Below, piece by piece: positions 36,884-47,203 of a stretch of DNA of 64,000 nucleotides. The notes beneath the pieces are model-generated. The model saw only the letters and a program-made list of their open reading frames with translations. It was not told the origin of the DNA and did not search any database. Position 1 is the first letter of the stretch; every line of letters starts with the position of its first letter. Both the position numbers and the translations under genes were made by a program. Source of the stretch: a virus; the UHGV virus genome UHGV-1383976; one strand, 5' to 3'.

Positions 36884-37255
36884 GTGAATTACAAGAATCG
36901 CGGTTATGATGTTTGGGAAAATGGCAAGATAATTTATAATGATGTTCAGATGGATTTTGTTGTTAAACTGATGCAGGAAAATGGTGCACCACTGGTAGTA
37001 ACGCCGCACAGTGAACTGGTTGATCTTGGGACTGGACGATGGCCGCACAACCTATCGAATGAAGAGCTGATTCAGGAAAATTCTTCTCTCCTTGATGATC
37101 TAATGAAGGCTCAAGACGATCTGGCTGATACTAACGCACAGTTAAGCGAAGCACAGGCCGCTCTTCATTATATGAGACACCTTTATGAGCAGCTAGAAAG
37201 TAAGTATGCGGAAGTCAAGCGTGTATATAAACAAATGGAGGAGGCACTAAAATGA
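36884..37255 (+). CDS. hypothetical coiled-coil protein (123 aa)
   Basis: GTG start as listed in the track. C-terminal heptad-rich region. Confidence 0.45.
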   Translation: MNYKNRGYDVWENGKIIYNDVQMDFVVKLMQENGAPLVVTPHSELVDLGTGRWPHNLSNEELIQENSSLLDDLMKAQDDLADTNAQLSEAQAALHYMRHLYEQLESKYAEVKRVYKQMEEALK

Positions 37256-37608
37256 GAACGTTGAATCGCAAGAAGGCATTACGAAAAGTAAATAAAGTTG
37301 TGCGTGAACTCAATGAAGGAATGAGACGAGATAATCTGTGGCGTGGCCGCTTTTGGATTAGACAAAAAGAATTTTATGCTAAGCCTTATCCTGATAATTC
37401 TGGGCTTCAAGGCGTTGTTGTTCTTGAATTCCACGACCTCAAGACAGGATACGTTAGTGATAAGATTTTTGACTTGATAAATTTTGAAGCCCCTTTTACG
37501 TGGCATATATGGCGCGATCTCAATACATTTATAACAGAAGAATGTGATGTATGGCGAAAGGAAGGTCGTGAAGCACTTTACTCTGATACGACTATATATA
37601 GAAAGTGA
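37252..37608 (+). CDS. hypothetical protein (118 aa)
   Basis: ATGA overlap with the upstream gene. Confidence 0.5.
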   Translation: MRTLNRKKALRKVNKVVRELNEGMRRDNLWRGRFWIRQKEFYAKPYPDNSGLQGVVVLEFHDLKTGYVSDKIFDLINFEAPFTWHIWRDLNTFITEECDVWRKEGREALYSDTTIYRK

Positions 37609-37617
37609 GAAGATGAA

Positions 37618-38823
37618 ATGCTTGATGTAAAAATTTTTGCACGTTGTATTGAACAGACCGCTGAAGAGCAAATATACGATTTAGCCGCCTCGTCGATAGG
37701 AGAAAACGCGCACATACGAATAATGCCGGATGCGCACGCTGGTAAGGGATGCGTAATTGGAACTACTATGTTAGTAAAAGATAAGATTTGCCCTAATATT
37801 GTTGGCGTTGACATTGGATGCGGAGTTACTGCTGCAAAAATTAACTGTCCTTTGATCATGGATGAGTTAATGTTTTTGCGCGAACGCCTTGTAGATGGCG
37901 CAATACCATCAGGAAGCACTATATACAACGAATTTAGAGATTGGGATCCTTTTTTTGAACTTGGCGCAACTATCCTTCGTAAGTTGAGATGTAAGGAAAT
38001 TTACAATAAGTGTGAAATTGATTATTTTGCTAAGTCTATGGGAACACTCGGAGGCGGAAATCATTTCATTGAAATAGACGAAGACTCCGATGGCAATCAT
38101 TGGATTGTTGTACATACTGGCTCGCGCAATTTGGGCCTTCAGGTAGCAAAGTATTATCAAAACAGAGCAGAAATGCGAATTCTTGAAGAATATACTCACA
38201 AGCGTAATGCAGCTATCACTACGCTGAAAGAGGAAGGCCGCCAGCGTGAAATTTCAGAGGTATTAGCCTCTATCAAAAAAGATGCGCCATCTAAGTTTGA
38301 TTATTTAGTAGATAATGACTATAATAACTATCTTCGCGATATGGCACTTTGTCAGAAGTGGGCAAAATATAACCGAGCAAATATTATTTATAACATTGCT
38401 GCAATTTTAAATCGCAAAGTTACAATGACAGTTGAGTCAGTTCATAACTATATAGATTTTTCAACTCAAACACCTATCCTCCGCAAGGGCGCAATTTCGG
38501 CTAAGTATGACGAGATTTGTCTTATTCCACTCAATATGCGGGATGGTACGCTACTGTGCCGTGGAAAAGGTAACTCTGATTGGAACTTATCAGCTCCACA
38601 TGGAGCCGGACGACTTATGTCTCGCGCTCAGGCAAGAAAAGAATTATCTTTAGACGAGTTTGAAAAATCAATGGACGGCATTGTGTCAAACGTTTGTGCA
38701 GAAACCATTGATGAAGCACCTTTCGCTTACAAGAATTGGGAAGAGATTGAAGAAGCTGTGCGGCCTACCGTTGAAATTATTGACCACTGGAAGCCAATTT
38801 TCAATTTTAAGGCGATGTCTTAA
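37618..38823 (+). CDS. rtcB: RtcB-family RNA ligase (3'-phosphate/5'-hydroxyl)
   Basis: MPDAHAGKG, GVDIGCGV, GGGNHFIEID and HTGSRNLG are RtcB signature motifs. 401 aa. Confidence 0.85.
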   Translation: MLDVKIFARCIEQTAEEQIYDLAASSIGENAHIRIMPDAHAGKGCVIGTTMLVKDKICPNIVGVDIGCGVTAAKINCPLIMDELMFLRERLVDGAIPSGSTIYNEFRDWDPFFELGATILRKLRCKEIYNKCEIDYFAKSMGTLGGGNHFIEIDEDSDGNHWIVVHTGSRNLGLQVAKYYQNRAEMRILEEYTHKRNAAITTLKEEGRQREISEVLASIKKDAPSKFDYLVDNDYNNYLRDMALCQKWAKYNRANIIYNIAAILNRKVTMTVESVHNYIDFSTQTPILRKGAISAKYDEICLIPLNMRDGTLLCRGKGNSDWNLSAPHGAGRLMSRAQARKELSLDEFEKSMDGIVSNVCAETIDEAPFAYKNWEEIEEAVRPTVEIIDHWKPIFNFKAMS

Positions 38824-38828
38824 AAAAT

Positions 38829-38880
38829 TTGATTTTTTATAAAAATTAAGCTATAATATATATAGAAAATGAAAGTGAGG
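38829..38880 (+). promoter_or_regulatory. class I promoter
   Basis: TTGATT-18-TATAAT, then ATATATAGAAAATGAAAGTGAGGG. Confidence 0.6.
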
Positions 38881-38888
38881 GAAAGAAA

Positions 38889-39233
38889 ATGAAAAAAATT
38901 CTGATACTTACAGCCGAAGGCGCAACTCAGTATTTTATTCGTCAGAGTGCGACTGTGCGGCGGTGTGATAAAAGTGAGGTTCTTTCTCTTATGCTCAAGC
39001 CGCACTTGTTTAAAGTTGAAAGACGCCGCGTCAATGGAGGAGACTTGTGTGCGAATGTCTCACGTGATGTAGATAAATCATCTAAAAGACATTTCGATAA
39101 GACGTGGTATGCGGCATATGTATTGACTTGTTTCAATTGTTTGTTCCTTGGTTTCAACAATTCGCTTCCCGACGAAGATTGTGAGCATTTTGATACGTTA
39201 TGGGAGTATGCTAAAACAGGTAAAGTGTCATAA
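38889..39233 (+). CDS. hypothetical protein (114 aa)
   Basis: ORF after the promoter. Cys-containing. Confidence 0.5.
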   Translation: MKKILILTAEGATQYFIRQSATVRRCDKSEVLSLMLKPHLFKVERRRVNGGDLCANVSRDVDKSSKRHFDKTWYAAYVLTCFNCLFLGFNNSLPDEDCEHFDTLWEYAKTGKVS

Positions 39234-39247
39234 AGGAGGTATATCTA

Positions 39248-39490
39248 ATGAGTAAAAGTCCAGCACTTGTGCATCAAATATTACGCGACTGGCGCGAGGA
39301 AAGTAAAAGTCCTCCTTTTTCATATAGTTTTAATTGGGCAAAAGGTCAGATCGATATTTACACAGCGCGGCCCGGCCTTTTGATTGGCAAGGGTGGTTCA
39401 TTGGCTGAGAAGTATATTGGAAAAATGAAAGCCGCATACCCTTCTTTTAATATTCGACTTCATGAACTTGAATTGCATTATGTTAAATAA
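39248..39490 (+). CDS. hypothetical protein (80 aa)
   Basis: SD aaaggagg. Confidence 0.5.
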   Translation: MSKSPALVHQILRDWREESKSPPFSYSFNWAKGQIDIYTARPGLLIGKGGSLAEKYIGKMKAAYPSFNIRLHELELHYVK

Positions 39491-39505
39491 GAAAGGAGTA
39501 TATCA

Positions 39506-40342
39506 ATGATAAATCCGCAGGAATATGTAAATAAGGCATATCAGCTTGGCGAAAAGGTTTATGGTAATCGTCTTATATTCGCCGCACATTACGGCTCTTT
39601 CAATTATGGCCTTGCCGATGAGGAAAGCGATTGTGATGTCGCTCTTATTGTAATGCCATCAATGGAGGAAATTGTAAGGTGTGAAAGCTCCAACACTCCA
39701 TTGAAGCACGTTCCTGAAGGCGACATTGATGTAATTGATGTTCGCACTTTTGTTAGACGATTGGCTAACGCTGAGCTTAATTCTCTTCAGTATCTTTATG
39801 CGCCTTATCACAAGTGGAATGAATATTGGAATGATACTTTCGCGTCTCTTCACGGCAAGTTTCTTTGGGATATTGCTATGATAAATCCGTATGAACTTTT
39901 CTATAATATGCGGGGTGTAATAGCCCGCGCAAGTAAGCGAATGGATAATGTTAGTGAGAAAAATCCCTTTAGTCCATCTTGCTCTAAAGCTATTTATAAT
40001 GCAATGCGAATGATCGACCTTGCGAACGCATTCGCTGATGATATTGAGGAAAATGGTCTTGGCACTTATAACGACATCAATATATTTTCTTGGGAGTATG
40101 GTGTTCATAGTAGGAAGGACTTGATGGCAATGAAACGCGGTTTATATTCATACACAACCGCCCGCGATTGTATTGATTCGTGTATGAAAGAAATTGATAA
40201 GTTCCATGATATATTTATCAATGAGGACAATGAAACCATAGCTTTGGATAATCGTGCGGTACAGCGTCTTGAGCGAATGATTGAAGGCGCTCTCATTAAA
40301 CTTTACTTCAATGAAGCGGCTACACCAAAATTTTGGTCATAA
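39506..40342 (+). CDS. nucleotidyltransferase-fold protein (Pol-beta superfamily); possible tRNA or RNA end-modifying enzyme
   Basis: YGSFNYGLADEESDCDVALIV matches the hG[GS]x9-13Dh[DE]h NTase signature. SD aaaggag. Confidence 0.55.
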   Translation: MINPQEYVNKAYQLGEKVYGNRLIFAAHYGSFNYGLADEESDCDVALIVMPSMEEIVRCESSNTPLKHVPEGDIDVIDVRTFVRRLANAELNSLQYLYAPYHKWNEYWNDTFASLHGKFLWDIAMINPYELFYNMRGVIARASKRMDNVSEKNPFSPSCSKAIYNAMRMIDLANAFADDIEENGLGTYNDINIFSWEYGVHSRKDLMAMKRGLYSYTTARDCIDSCMKEIDKFHDIFINEDNETIALDNRAVQRLERMIEGALIKLYFNEAATPKFWS

Positions 40343-40346
40343 AAAT

Positions 40347-40395
40347 TTGATTTTTTCTCGAATTTTCGATATAATATATATAGAAAGTGAGAGAG
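40347..40395 (+). promoter_or_regulatory. class I promoter driving the tRNA-like element
   Basis: TTGATT-17-TATAAT, then ATATATAGAAAGTGAGAGAG. Confidence 0.6.
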
Positions 40396-40401
40396 AAATA
40401 T

Positions 40402-40480
40402 GGGCCGGATAACTCAGATGGTAGAGAACCAGTGCGGTTAGGCGCTGGAGGAGGCGGTGGTTCGAATCCACCTCGGCCCA
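40402..40480 (+). tRNA. atypical tRNA-like gene (79 nt, no encoded CCA) with a 6-bp anticodon stem and an 8-nt loop cgGTTAgg
   Basis: Acceptor gggccgg/tcggccc. Perfect T-arm ggtggttcgaatccacc. Anticodon region ccagtg-cggttagg-cgctgg. Confidence 0.4.
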
Positions 40481-41330
40481 ATTAGATATGAAGGCGACAT
40501 ACAGTTATTATAGTCGCCGGACGTACTGCTCCGTCCATTACGAACAGAGCAGCCCCGCAAAACGAGGGTGAGAGTTGAGTTTGTTGGTTTTACTTGAAAC
40601 CGCCGTCGGGGTAAGTGGCGTTACATCTTACCAAAAAAATCCGTCTGACTGCAGTAAGGGCGGTTGGTTTGTAGGTTTGCCAATAGGTATAAGTCTAGAT
40701 ACCAATAAAATACTTACCAAAGAGGAGTAATATGGCTGAAGTCCTCCAGCGTGGTTGATATGTTGAAATGCCTAGGCCACGCACATATGTCAGTTTAGTT
40801 TAACGAGGGAAAACAACGCCCGTCAAGGCGTAATTTCGGGTTCGAGTCCCGAAACTGTCCTTGGTTTGACAGGCCAAGAAATTTGTCAGGTGCGGCCCTT
40901 TGTCGCCGGTCGAGACTCCGTCCGGAAATGAGCTACGTCTAAGTAAGAAGCGTGAACTTAGCGCTGATGTGCGTGATGCATCGGTTGCGTGTCCAAAACA
41001 CGACAGGTTTGGTTGAGTTTTCTACACAAAATTCAATTGGGTCAGGCCGCCCACAGGATGGCCGCGGGTTCCACTCCCCGAACGAAAAACAATCGGGAAA
41101 TCTCTTGTTTTTCTCAATTTTGTTAGTAGTTAGTCGCATTGATGAAATTGCTTTTTGGAGTAAAGTTGTGAGTAGCTAAAGAAATGACAATTCTTTTTCT
41201 ACTCAAAAAGCCAAGTATCCGCCTCTGCTTGGACATCCGCGCGAGGTTGCGTGTTGATGAAAAGCGTGGAAGGCAGTTATATAATGGGGACTGCCGCATA
41301 GTTGGTTTAGGAGAGTTGCCAGCTACGGAA
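40481..41330. ncRNA. third GC-rich ORF-free region with embedded tRNA-like fragments
   Basis: About 850 nt with no ORF. Contains tRNA-like gtcagtt...acgcc-cgtcaa-ggcgt...tcgggttcgagtcccga-aactgtc (6-nt anticodon loop, no CCA). Confidence 0.3.
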
Positions 41331-41332
41331 AT

Positions 41333-41409
41333 GGCGCATTGGACGAACTGGTAGAGTCACCACCCTTTCAAGGTGGAACTTAGGGGTTCAAGCCCCCTAT
41401 GCGTCACCA
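41333..41409 (+). tRNA. tRNA-Glu(TTC), CCA encoded
   Basis: Acceptor ggcgcat/atgcgtc. Anticodon arm ccacc-ctttcaa-ggtgg. T-arm aggggttcaagccccct. Confidence 0.65.
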
Positions 41410-41469
41410 ATAATTTTCATTTTTATATTCCCTTTTCTTAGAGTCCCGCGTAGATTAGCTACGCGGGAT

Positions 41470-41520
41470 TTGATTTTTTAAGAATTTTTATTATAATATA
41501 TATAGAAAGTGAAAAGAAAG
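41470..41520 (+). promoter_or_regulatory. class I promoter overlapping a terminator hairpin
   Basis: cccgcgtagattagctacgcggg hairpin, then aTTTGATT-16-TATAAT, then ATATATAGAAAGTGAAAAG. Confidence 0.55.
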
Positions 41521-41531
41521 GAATTTTAAAA

Positions 41532-41828
41532 ATGATAAAAGCAATTATTCTTGATGATGGTTATCATTCCAACGATGTGGTAATAAAGTTTGGGGAAAAT
41601 TATAAGAGTGTTTCTCTTGTATATTTTTTGAATCTGCTCTGTAAGCGTCATGACTCTGATTATGAAGTAAAAACCATTCATTTTGAGGATATTGGGGATG
41701 ATGCCGTGGCGGAATGGTTTGAAATTCTAAATAATATGAGCTATTGTTCGTCTACTGTTCAGTCTTGCGAGGAGTTTGAGAAGCTTTGGGAGTCTGACGA
41801 GGTTGTAGATGGAATAGATGTGTATTGA
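41532..41828 (+). CDS. hypothetical protein (98 aa)
   Basis: SD aaaggaattttaaaaATG. Confidence 0.5.
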   Translation: MIKAIILDDGYHSNDVVIKFGENYKSVSLVYFLNLLCKRHDSDYEVKTIHFEDIGDDAVAEWFEILNNMSYCSSTVQSCEEFEKLWESDEVVDGIDVY

Positions 41829-41843
41829 GAAAGGAGAACTCCA

Positions 41844-42161
41844 ATGAATCTTTGGGTTGATGATATTAGAACTCCGCCCTTTGATAGCTATGTGTGGGCA
41901 CGTTCTGTAAATGAAGCCATTACCGCTATCAAATCCTATGAGAGAAATTTCACTGGCGGCGACACTATTTTTATTAGTCTCGATCATGATGCTGGCGATT
42001 TTGCGAAAGATGGCGGAGATTATATTCATATTTTAAACTGGCTTGAGCGAGAAAAAATCGTAGACACTGGATATTTTTTTCATCTTCATACTATGAATCC
42101 TGTGGGAAGAGAAAATATGGAGAGAATTATTAGAAAAAATGGATGGAGGTTAGTGAAGTAA
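41844..42161 (+). CDS. hypothetical protein (105 aa)
   Basis: SD aaaggag. Confidence 0.5.
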   Translation: MNLWVDDIRTPPFDSYVWARSVNEAITAIKSYERNFTGGDTIFISLDHDAGDFAKDGGDYIHILNWLEREKIVDTGYFFHLHTMNPVGRENMERIIRKNGWRLVK

Positions 42162-42508
42162 TGGATGCTTTGGAATTTTTTCGTGAGAGAAGACGTATGT
42201 GTGTGTCTTTTGGCAACGTTTGCTCTAGTTGTCCTGCTAATGCAGAGGGTTATTGTATAGCCTTTGATGAGGATGAGGAAGCTGTCCCTATTGTTGAAAA
42301 GTGGTCTGCTGAACACCCACGCAAAACAAGACAAAGTGAGTTTTTAAAAATATATCCTCACGTTTTGATAAATAAAATTGATGGATTTATAGAAATATGC
42401 CCAGCAGATTTGATACCTGATTATAGGGATGATACCGGACATTGCAATAGACGTAATATTTATTGTATAGATTGTCGCCGCGAGTTTTGGCTACAGGAGA
42501 TAGAGTGA
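42143..42508 (+). CDS. hypothetical Cys-rich protein (121 aa)
   Basis: Overlaps the upstream gene end. CxxC pairs present. Confidence 0.45.
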   Translation: MEVSEVMDALEFFRERRRMCVSFGNVCSSCPANAEGYCIAFDEDEEAVPIVEKWSAEHPRKTRQSEFLKIYPHVLINKIDGFIEICPADLIPDYRDDTGHCNRRNIYCIDCRREFWLQEIE

Positions 42509-42509
42509 T

Positions 42510-43034
42510 ATGGAAACAGTAAATTGTCTTCGCTGTGATTTTCGTCATAAGGATAATGGAAACTGTACTGCTGTCTGGGGATTTTGTACCGCGGTAGCGG
42601 CTGCACACTGCCCGATGTTGCGGAAATATTTAGATACGGGATTGACCCCAGAGCAGTGTGAAAGCGCAAAGGCTATCATTAAATCTGCCTTTAGCGATGA
42701 TTCATCAAAGGAAGAGCGAATTCGTGAGCTACTAAAGGCCGACAAGGACGGGCGCATAGAGGTGCTGCCGTGCAAGGATTGGCTCAACATTGTTTTTGGG
42801 GATCAAGTTTTGTTTTGGGGAATTGATAAGGACTACATGAAGAACCCAATTCGTGAGATTTCCGTATATGGCGCTGAACGCATCGGGTGGTATGACGGCT
42901 ATGAAACCGTATATTTGAAAGGAACGGACGAAAACGGAGAAGCATGGGAGTTTTATCCAGAAGACATTGGAAAGACCGTATTCCTGACCTACAAGGACGC
43001 GAAGAAAGCATTGGAGGAGATGAAGGATGATTGA
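42510..43034 (+). CDS. hypothetical protein (174 aa)
   Basis: Uninterrupted ORF. N-terminal Cys-rich segment. Confidence 0.5.
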   Translation: METVNCLRCDFRHKDNGNCTAVWGFCTAVAAAHCPMLRKYLDTGLTPEQCESAKAIIKSAFSDDSSKEERIRELLKADKDGRIEVLPCKDWLNIVFGDQVLFWGIDKDYMKNPIREISVYGAERIGWYDGYETVYLKGTDENGEAWEFYPEDIGKTVFLTYKDAKKALEEMKDD

Positions 43035-43218
43035 ATTAATACCTTGCCCGTTCTGCGGCGGTAAGGCAGAATGGGATAAGGGCAAAGCGCCTCAGTGTTC
43101 ACAGTGTAAAGCGACAATACCATCTGCTGGGGGTGTATTTCGAAAATATTTTGATAAGAATTATAGATACCGCCAATATATGGCTGGGCTTTGGAACAGG
43201 AGGGTTGACAATGGCTGA
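43027..43218 (+). CDS. zinc-ribbon protein (63 aa)
   Basis: CPFCGG...CSQCK. Confidence 0.45.
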   Translation: MIELIPCPFCGGKAEWDKGKAPQCSQCKATIPSAGGVFRKYFDKNYRYRQYMAGLWNRRVDNG

Positions 43219-43420
43219 CTATATTGAACGTGAAGTTGTTAAGGGGCTACTCAATATTAACTATGGTGGCTATCTTGATGCCGTAGATCGTATCCCTGCT
43301 GCAGACGTTGCCCGGTGGTGCATGGGCGGTGGATTACGTGGGAGGCGGCAGGTAACGACATACCTTCGCCACACAGACATGAATGCTCGGTCTGCCACGA
43401 CGCTGCGCAGGTGCTTATAA
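43211..43420 (+). CDS. hypothetical protein (69 aa)
   Basis: SD aggaggg before the ATG at 43211. Confidence 0.45.
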   Translation: MADYIEREVVKGLLNINYGGYLDAVDRIPAADVARWCMGGGLRGRRQVTTYLRHTDMNARSATTLRRCL

Positions 43421-43677
43421 ACGGTATTGAACTGCTCTCTGATTACTGCCCTAACTGCGGTGCGAAGATGGATGGTGACGCGAAATGATATGCCTTATAG
43501 TTTTTGCCGCACTTGCTTGTGCAGTAGGGGCGACACCACCAGCAACGGCCGCTGACATGATGGCGATAGGCGTGTAGGTGCTGTGCGACATTGAATTGCT
43601 CAAGCTGATTTTTGGGAGAAGTTAATGGTGAGAGCCTAGTATGAATTCCCGGACATTATGAAAGAAAGGATTAAAAT

Positions 43678-43947
43678 ATGATTATTTGTGCAGCGATTAA
43701 AGATACACGAACTGGTGCGATCTTTGGAGGAATTCGTCGTGGCAGCATTTATTCTGCGATGCATGATGCAGGCATAATCCCTCCTCATGCAGCCGCAATT
43801 GAGGGATTCCTTGATGAGAGGGGAACTTTTTATGATAGATATGAAGCATATATTGTAGCTATGAATAATGGTCAAATGAGTGCTACGACTCGTCAGCACA
43901 AATGTGATAAAGGTGAGAAAGAATTATATTCGGAGGACTTATATTGA
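43678..43947 (+). CDS. hypothetical protein (89 aa)
   Basis: SD aaaggattaaaatATG. Confidence 0.5.
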   Translation: MIICAAIKDTRTGAIFGGIRRGSIYSAMHDAGIIPPHAAAIEGFLDERGTFYDRYEAYIVAMNNGQMSATTRQHKCDKGEKELYSEDLY

Positions 43948-43983
43948 TGGCAAGGATAGATTTATGGGACTAAAGGGGACAAA

Positions 43984-44289
43984 ATGAGTAAATGTAATTG
44001 TTATCACGAAAGATCAGAGCGTAGATATATTTTTAATACTTTTACTGGGATGCCAGAAACCTCATATCTTAGCACATATGGAGTCTGCTATGGCACAAAA
44101 GAATGTGATGTATGTGGTTGTGAGGGTGATGAAACTAGATGCAGTTTCTATCCCGAAAAGCGCGAAAAAGCCATTCAAGCCAATATTATGGCTTTTGAGA
44201 AACCAGCTTGTATTGACTGCCCATCTAATCCTAAGAATGGTGGAAATGGAATTTGCGCCTGCATCTTAGGGCAGGATGTAATTTATTGA
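43984..44289 (+). CDS. hypothetical Cys-rich protein (101 aa)
   Basis: Several CxC and CxxC motifs. Confidence 0.5.
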   Translation: MSKCNCYHERSERRYIFNTFTGMPETSYLSTYGVCYGTKECDVCGCEGDETRCSFYPEKREKAIQANIMAFEKPACIDCPSNPKNGGNGICACILGQDVIY

Positions 44290-44298
44290 GGTAAGAAT

Positions 44299-44499
44299 AT
44301 GAAACAAACAATTGAGTTAAATGCAAAAGATATCGAGCGGCTAATTGCAAAAGAGTTTGACGTTAAAGAAGAACAAGTAATTGTCTCGCTCAGCAAAGTA
44401 TATAGTGGATATGGAATTGGCGAGAATAAGGATTATGAGATCTGTGCTCTGATAAATATGGGTGAAAATTATGACAGGAACAATAAATTGTATATATGA
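44299..44499 (+). CDS. hypothetical protein (66 aa)
   Basis: SD gaggtaagaatATG. Confidence 0.45.
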   Translation: MKQTIELNAKDIERLIAKEFDVKEEQVIVSLSKVYSGYGIGENKDYEICALINMGENYDRNNKLYI

Positions 44500-44781
44500 A
44501 ACCCCATGTGATGGTGTTCAAAGTGGGATAAGAAGTGTGATAAAAAGACGCCAGAGCGGGGACAAAGAGTTAAGTGCCATCCTATTGATGATGCGTTTAC
44601 TAATAAAATGTGTCAATCAGAATCCGACCATGAGTGGGAATGTATTGGAATATCTACAATAGGGACGGATTATATATGTAGAAAATGTTTTGCTCGAAAA
44701 AATGTCCCATATGAATCAATATAAAACTAAGGTTCCACGCATAATAAGTTGAATTTATCAATTGACTTAGAAGCGTGGAAC

Positions 44782-44830
44782 TTGTTTTTTTATAAAAATT
44801 GAGTTATAATATATATAGAAAATGAGAAAA
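44782..44830 (+). promoter_or_regulatory. class I promoter overlapping a terminator hairpin
   Basis: ggttccacgc...gcgtggaac hairpin, then TTGTTT-17-TATAAT, then ATATATAGAAAATGAGAAAAGGAG. Confidence 0.55.
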
Positions 44831-44842
44831 GGAGAATATAAA

Positions 44843-45199
44843 ATGAGAGAAAATTTGGAATATATGATAAGTGCAATCAATGCAGCCACGATAAGTGCGG
44901 TTGCACATAGGTCCAATGGACTGATAGATAACAATTATGACCGTGCGCAAGAAATTAAGTTTCATCTTTGGTCTGTATGCGATCGTATAAATAGAGATGA
45001 GGGTGAAATAGTAGCTTGGGTTGGATTTGTTCCTGTTTATGAGATAACCTTTTTTTCTATGCGGGATAGTTCTTTTGGTAATACATTAATACATAATCGT
45101 TCTAAGATTTATCTTGGAGAAGTTCCTCTTATCAGATTTGATAATGACGGTATCGAGAAACCGACGACTATTTTTAGATATAAGGGAGAACTTATGTGA
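44843..45199 (+). CDS. hypothetical protein, paralog of 46192..46527
   Basis: MRENLEYMISAINAATISAVAHRSNG...FGNT...PLIRFDNDGI aligns with MNEHLENIIYSINHAVAKAAIHRSNG...FGNT...PLIRYENDGI. Confidence 0.55.
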   Translation: MRENLEYMISAINAATISAVAHRSNGLIDNNYDRAQEIKFHLWSVCDRINRDEGEIVAWVGFVPVYEITFFSMRDSSFGNTLIHNRSKIYLGEVPLIRFDNDGIEKPTTIFRYKGELM

Positions 45200-45229
45200 A
45201 TTTTAAAGCGGAGAATGGAGGAACAATAG

Positions 45230-45754
45230 ATGGCGGCTATAAAATTTGAGATTGATGGAAAGACTTATGATTTTACTTCGGAGAATTTTTGGGAGAAGTT
45301 TGTAATTGATAGCAATGGTAATATTATTCTGAAGCCAAAGGCGGAGATAAGAAATCCTTTTGAAAGAGTCGGAGAAGATAATAAAAAAGTCTTCTATGCT
45401 ATGGATTGCTATGGTGGAGTTGCAAAACTTCGAGAGGGTGTTGCATGTATCGCGCCAGCCCTTTATGAAGTAGCTAATTATTGTACTGATGATAAACTTC
45501 TTCGACGGCGCGCTCTCTACGAAAAGCTTGAACGGTGTTTGTGGCGTTTTTCTATGGAGAATGGTGGAAGCGGAGATTATTATCCTGTTTTGAATAGAGA
45601 AACTCGTGAATGGTCTATTACTTATACGGAAATTCAAAGATTTGGGCCTTCTTTTAAGACTTATGAGGTTTGTGGGCGTGCAATAGATGAAGTAATAAAA
45701 CCGACATTAGATGGAATTGCCGAAGAGGAAATCTTTTCTTGGAAAGGGATATAA
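45230..45754 (+). CDS. hypothetical protein (174 aa)
   Basis: SD ggagg before the ATG. Confidence 0.5.
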   Translation: MAAIKFEIDGKTYDFTSENFWEKFVIDSNGNIILKPKAEIRNPFERVGEDNKKVFYAMDCYGGVAKLREGVACIAPALYEVANYCTDDKLLRRRALYEKLERCLWRFSMENGGSGDYYPVLNRETREWSITYTEIQRFGPSFKTYEVCGRAIDEVIKPTLDGIAEEEIFSWKGI

Positions 45755-45759
45755 TCTAT

Positions 45760-46026
45760 ATGTATCATTGTGAAGTATGTAGACATCATATCAACTTAGA
45801 TTTAGATGCAGTGCCTACAAGGTGTGTTGACCCTGTAGCAAAATATTGTCAGGGTTGCAAATATGGCTGGATAAAATATCCAGATTGGGTTGAAACAAGA
45901 GAAGATCTCGATGGATGTTATTTCGATTCTAGCTGTATCTATGGGTTAGAAGGCACTCAGCCTACAGAAGAAGAGCTGGAAGAGTTCTATAGATGGTGGG
46001 ATGAATGGAATGAGGCACAGCTATGA
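45760..46026 (+). CDS. hypothetical Cys-rich protein
   Basis: ATG at 45760 (MYHCEVCRHH...). Confidence 0.45.
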   Translation: MYHCEVCRHHINLDLDAVPTRCVDPVAKYCQGCKYGWIKYPDWVETREDLDGCYFDSSCIYGLEGTQPTEEELEEFYRWWDEWNEAQL

Positions 46027-46191
46027 AAGTTAGAGAGCTAATTGAAAAATTAGAATCGTATGCTAATAAATATGGAGATGATATTCCTGTTCGTACATTT
46101 GATTTAAATAGAGATATGTGCGATATAGATGAGGTTGAATTTAATCAGGGTTATGACTTAGAATATTATATTTATTTAGGAGCTTAAAATT

Positions 46192-46527
46192 ATGAACGAA
46201 CATTTGGAAAACATTATATATTCAATTAATCACGCAGTGGCTAAAGCGGCGATTCATCGGTCGAATGGAATATGGGATATAGAAAAAACTTACCATCGTG
46301 GGATAGATATCGCATTTGACCTTCGTTCAATATGCGAAATTATCAATAAAGATGTTGGCGAAGAACTTGTGGGAATAGAGACAACAAAGGTTTATGAGGT
46401 AGAATTTTTCGATATGCACGACGATTCTTTCGGTAATACAATTCAAGGCAATAAATCTACTATTTGTATTGGAATGCTGCCACTTATTAGATATGAGAAT
46501 GATGGAATACGTGGCGCGTGGGCATAA
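46192..46527 (+). CDS. hypothetical protein, paralog of 44843..45199
   Basis: See the alignment above. SD ggagcttaaaattATG. Confidence 0.55.
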   Translation: MNEHLENIIYSINHAVAKAAIHRSNGIWDIEKTYHRGIDIAFDLRSICEIINKDVGEELVGIETTKVYEVEFFDMHDDSFGNTIQGNKSTICIGMLPLIRYENDGIRGAWA

Positions 46528-47182
46528 GCACGGGTATAAGTTTGATGACCTTTATAATACTGATGAACAGCGTTATTTTTCGAAGCTCCGCAATTTTTTG
46601 ACAAATTATAATCTCAAAACTGGCACGTATCCAACTGTCATAATTACAGGAGAGTGCGATCCATCTCAGAATATGAGATGGGCAACTAAAGTAGCCAATG
46701 AGTGTAGTAATTTAGGTTGTAAAGTTGAGTTCCAGACGCACAATCTCTCCCTGAAAGAATGCGATATACCGCGCGCGATTGATGTTTTGTCTTACTCCAT
46801 AACGGATGCCCGTGAATATCTGTCGGCTTGGCGTTATGCAAAGCCCGGCTGGTGTCTCAACCGTATGGTAATGATTCTGCGTGATGGCTTTGAATTTTTG
46901 AATAAGGATAACTTTTCTCCGATGGGCTTTGACCAGATTACGTTCAAAGCACTGAATTACGGTGAGAGCGATGCTATCAATAAGTGGATTGATGAACACA
47001 CCCCAGCATCTATTGATAATTTTTATGAGATAATGGAAAGCCGCAATGGTTCTACTCTTTCTGTGCGAGTTGATACTACCTGCCAGAAGGCTGAGGGGCG
47101 CTATTATGTCTTCCGTAGCGATGGCTATGTCTATGACAGTTGGGAAGCGACGATTCCTCTTGCGGATTGTAATATCCATTAA
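46493..47182 (+). CDS. hypothetical protein; start uncertain, overlaps the 3' end of the previous gene
   Basis: 237-aa ORF from a TTG at 46469. Candidate ATGs at 46493, 46499 and 46502. Confidence 0.4.
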   Translation: MRMMEYVARGHKHGYKFDDLYNTDEQRYFSKLRNFLTNYNLKTGTYPTVIITGECDPSQNMRWATKVANECSNLGCKVEFQTHNLSLKECDIPRAIDVLSYSITDAREYLSAWRYAKPGWCLNRMVMILRDGFEFLNKDNFSPMGFDQITFKALNYGESDAINKWIDEHTPASIDNFYEIMESRNGSTLSVRVDTTCQKAEGRYYVFRSDGYVYDSWEATIPLADCNIH

Positions 47183-47203
47183 AAGCAATAAGAACATTTA
47201 AAT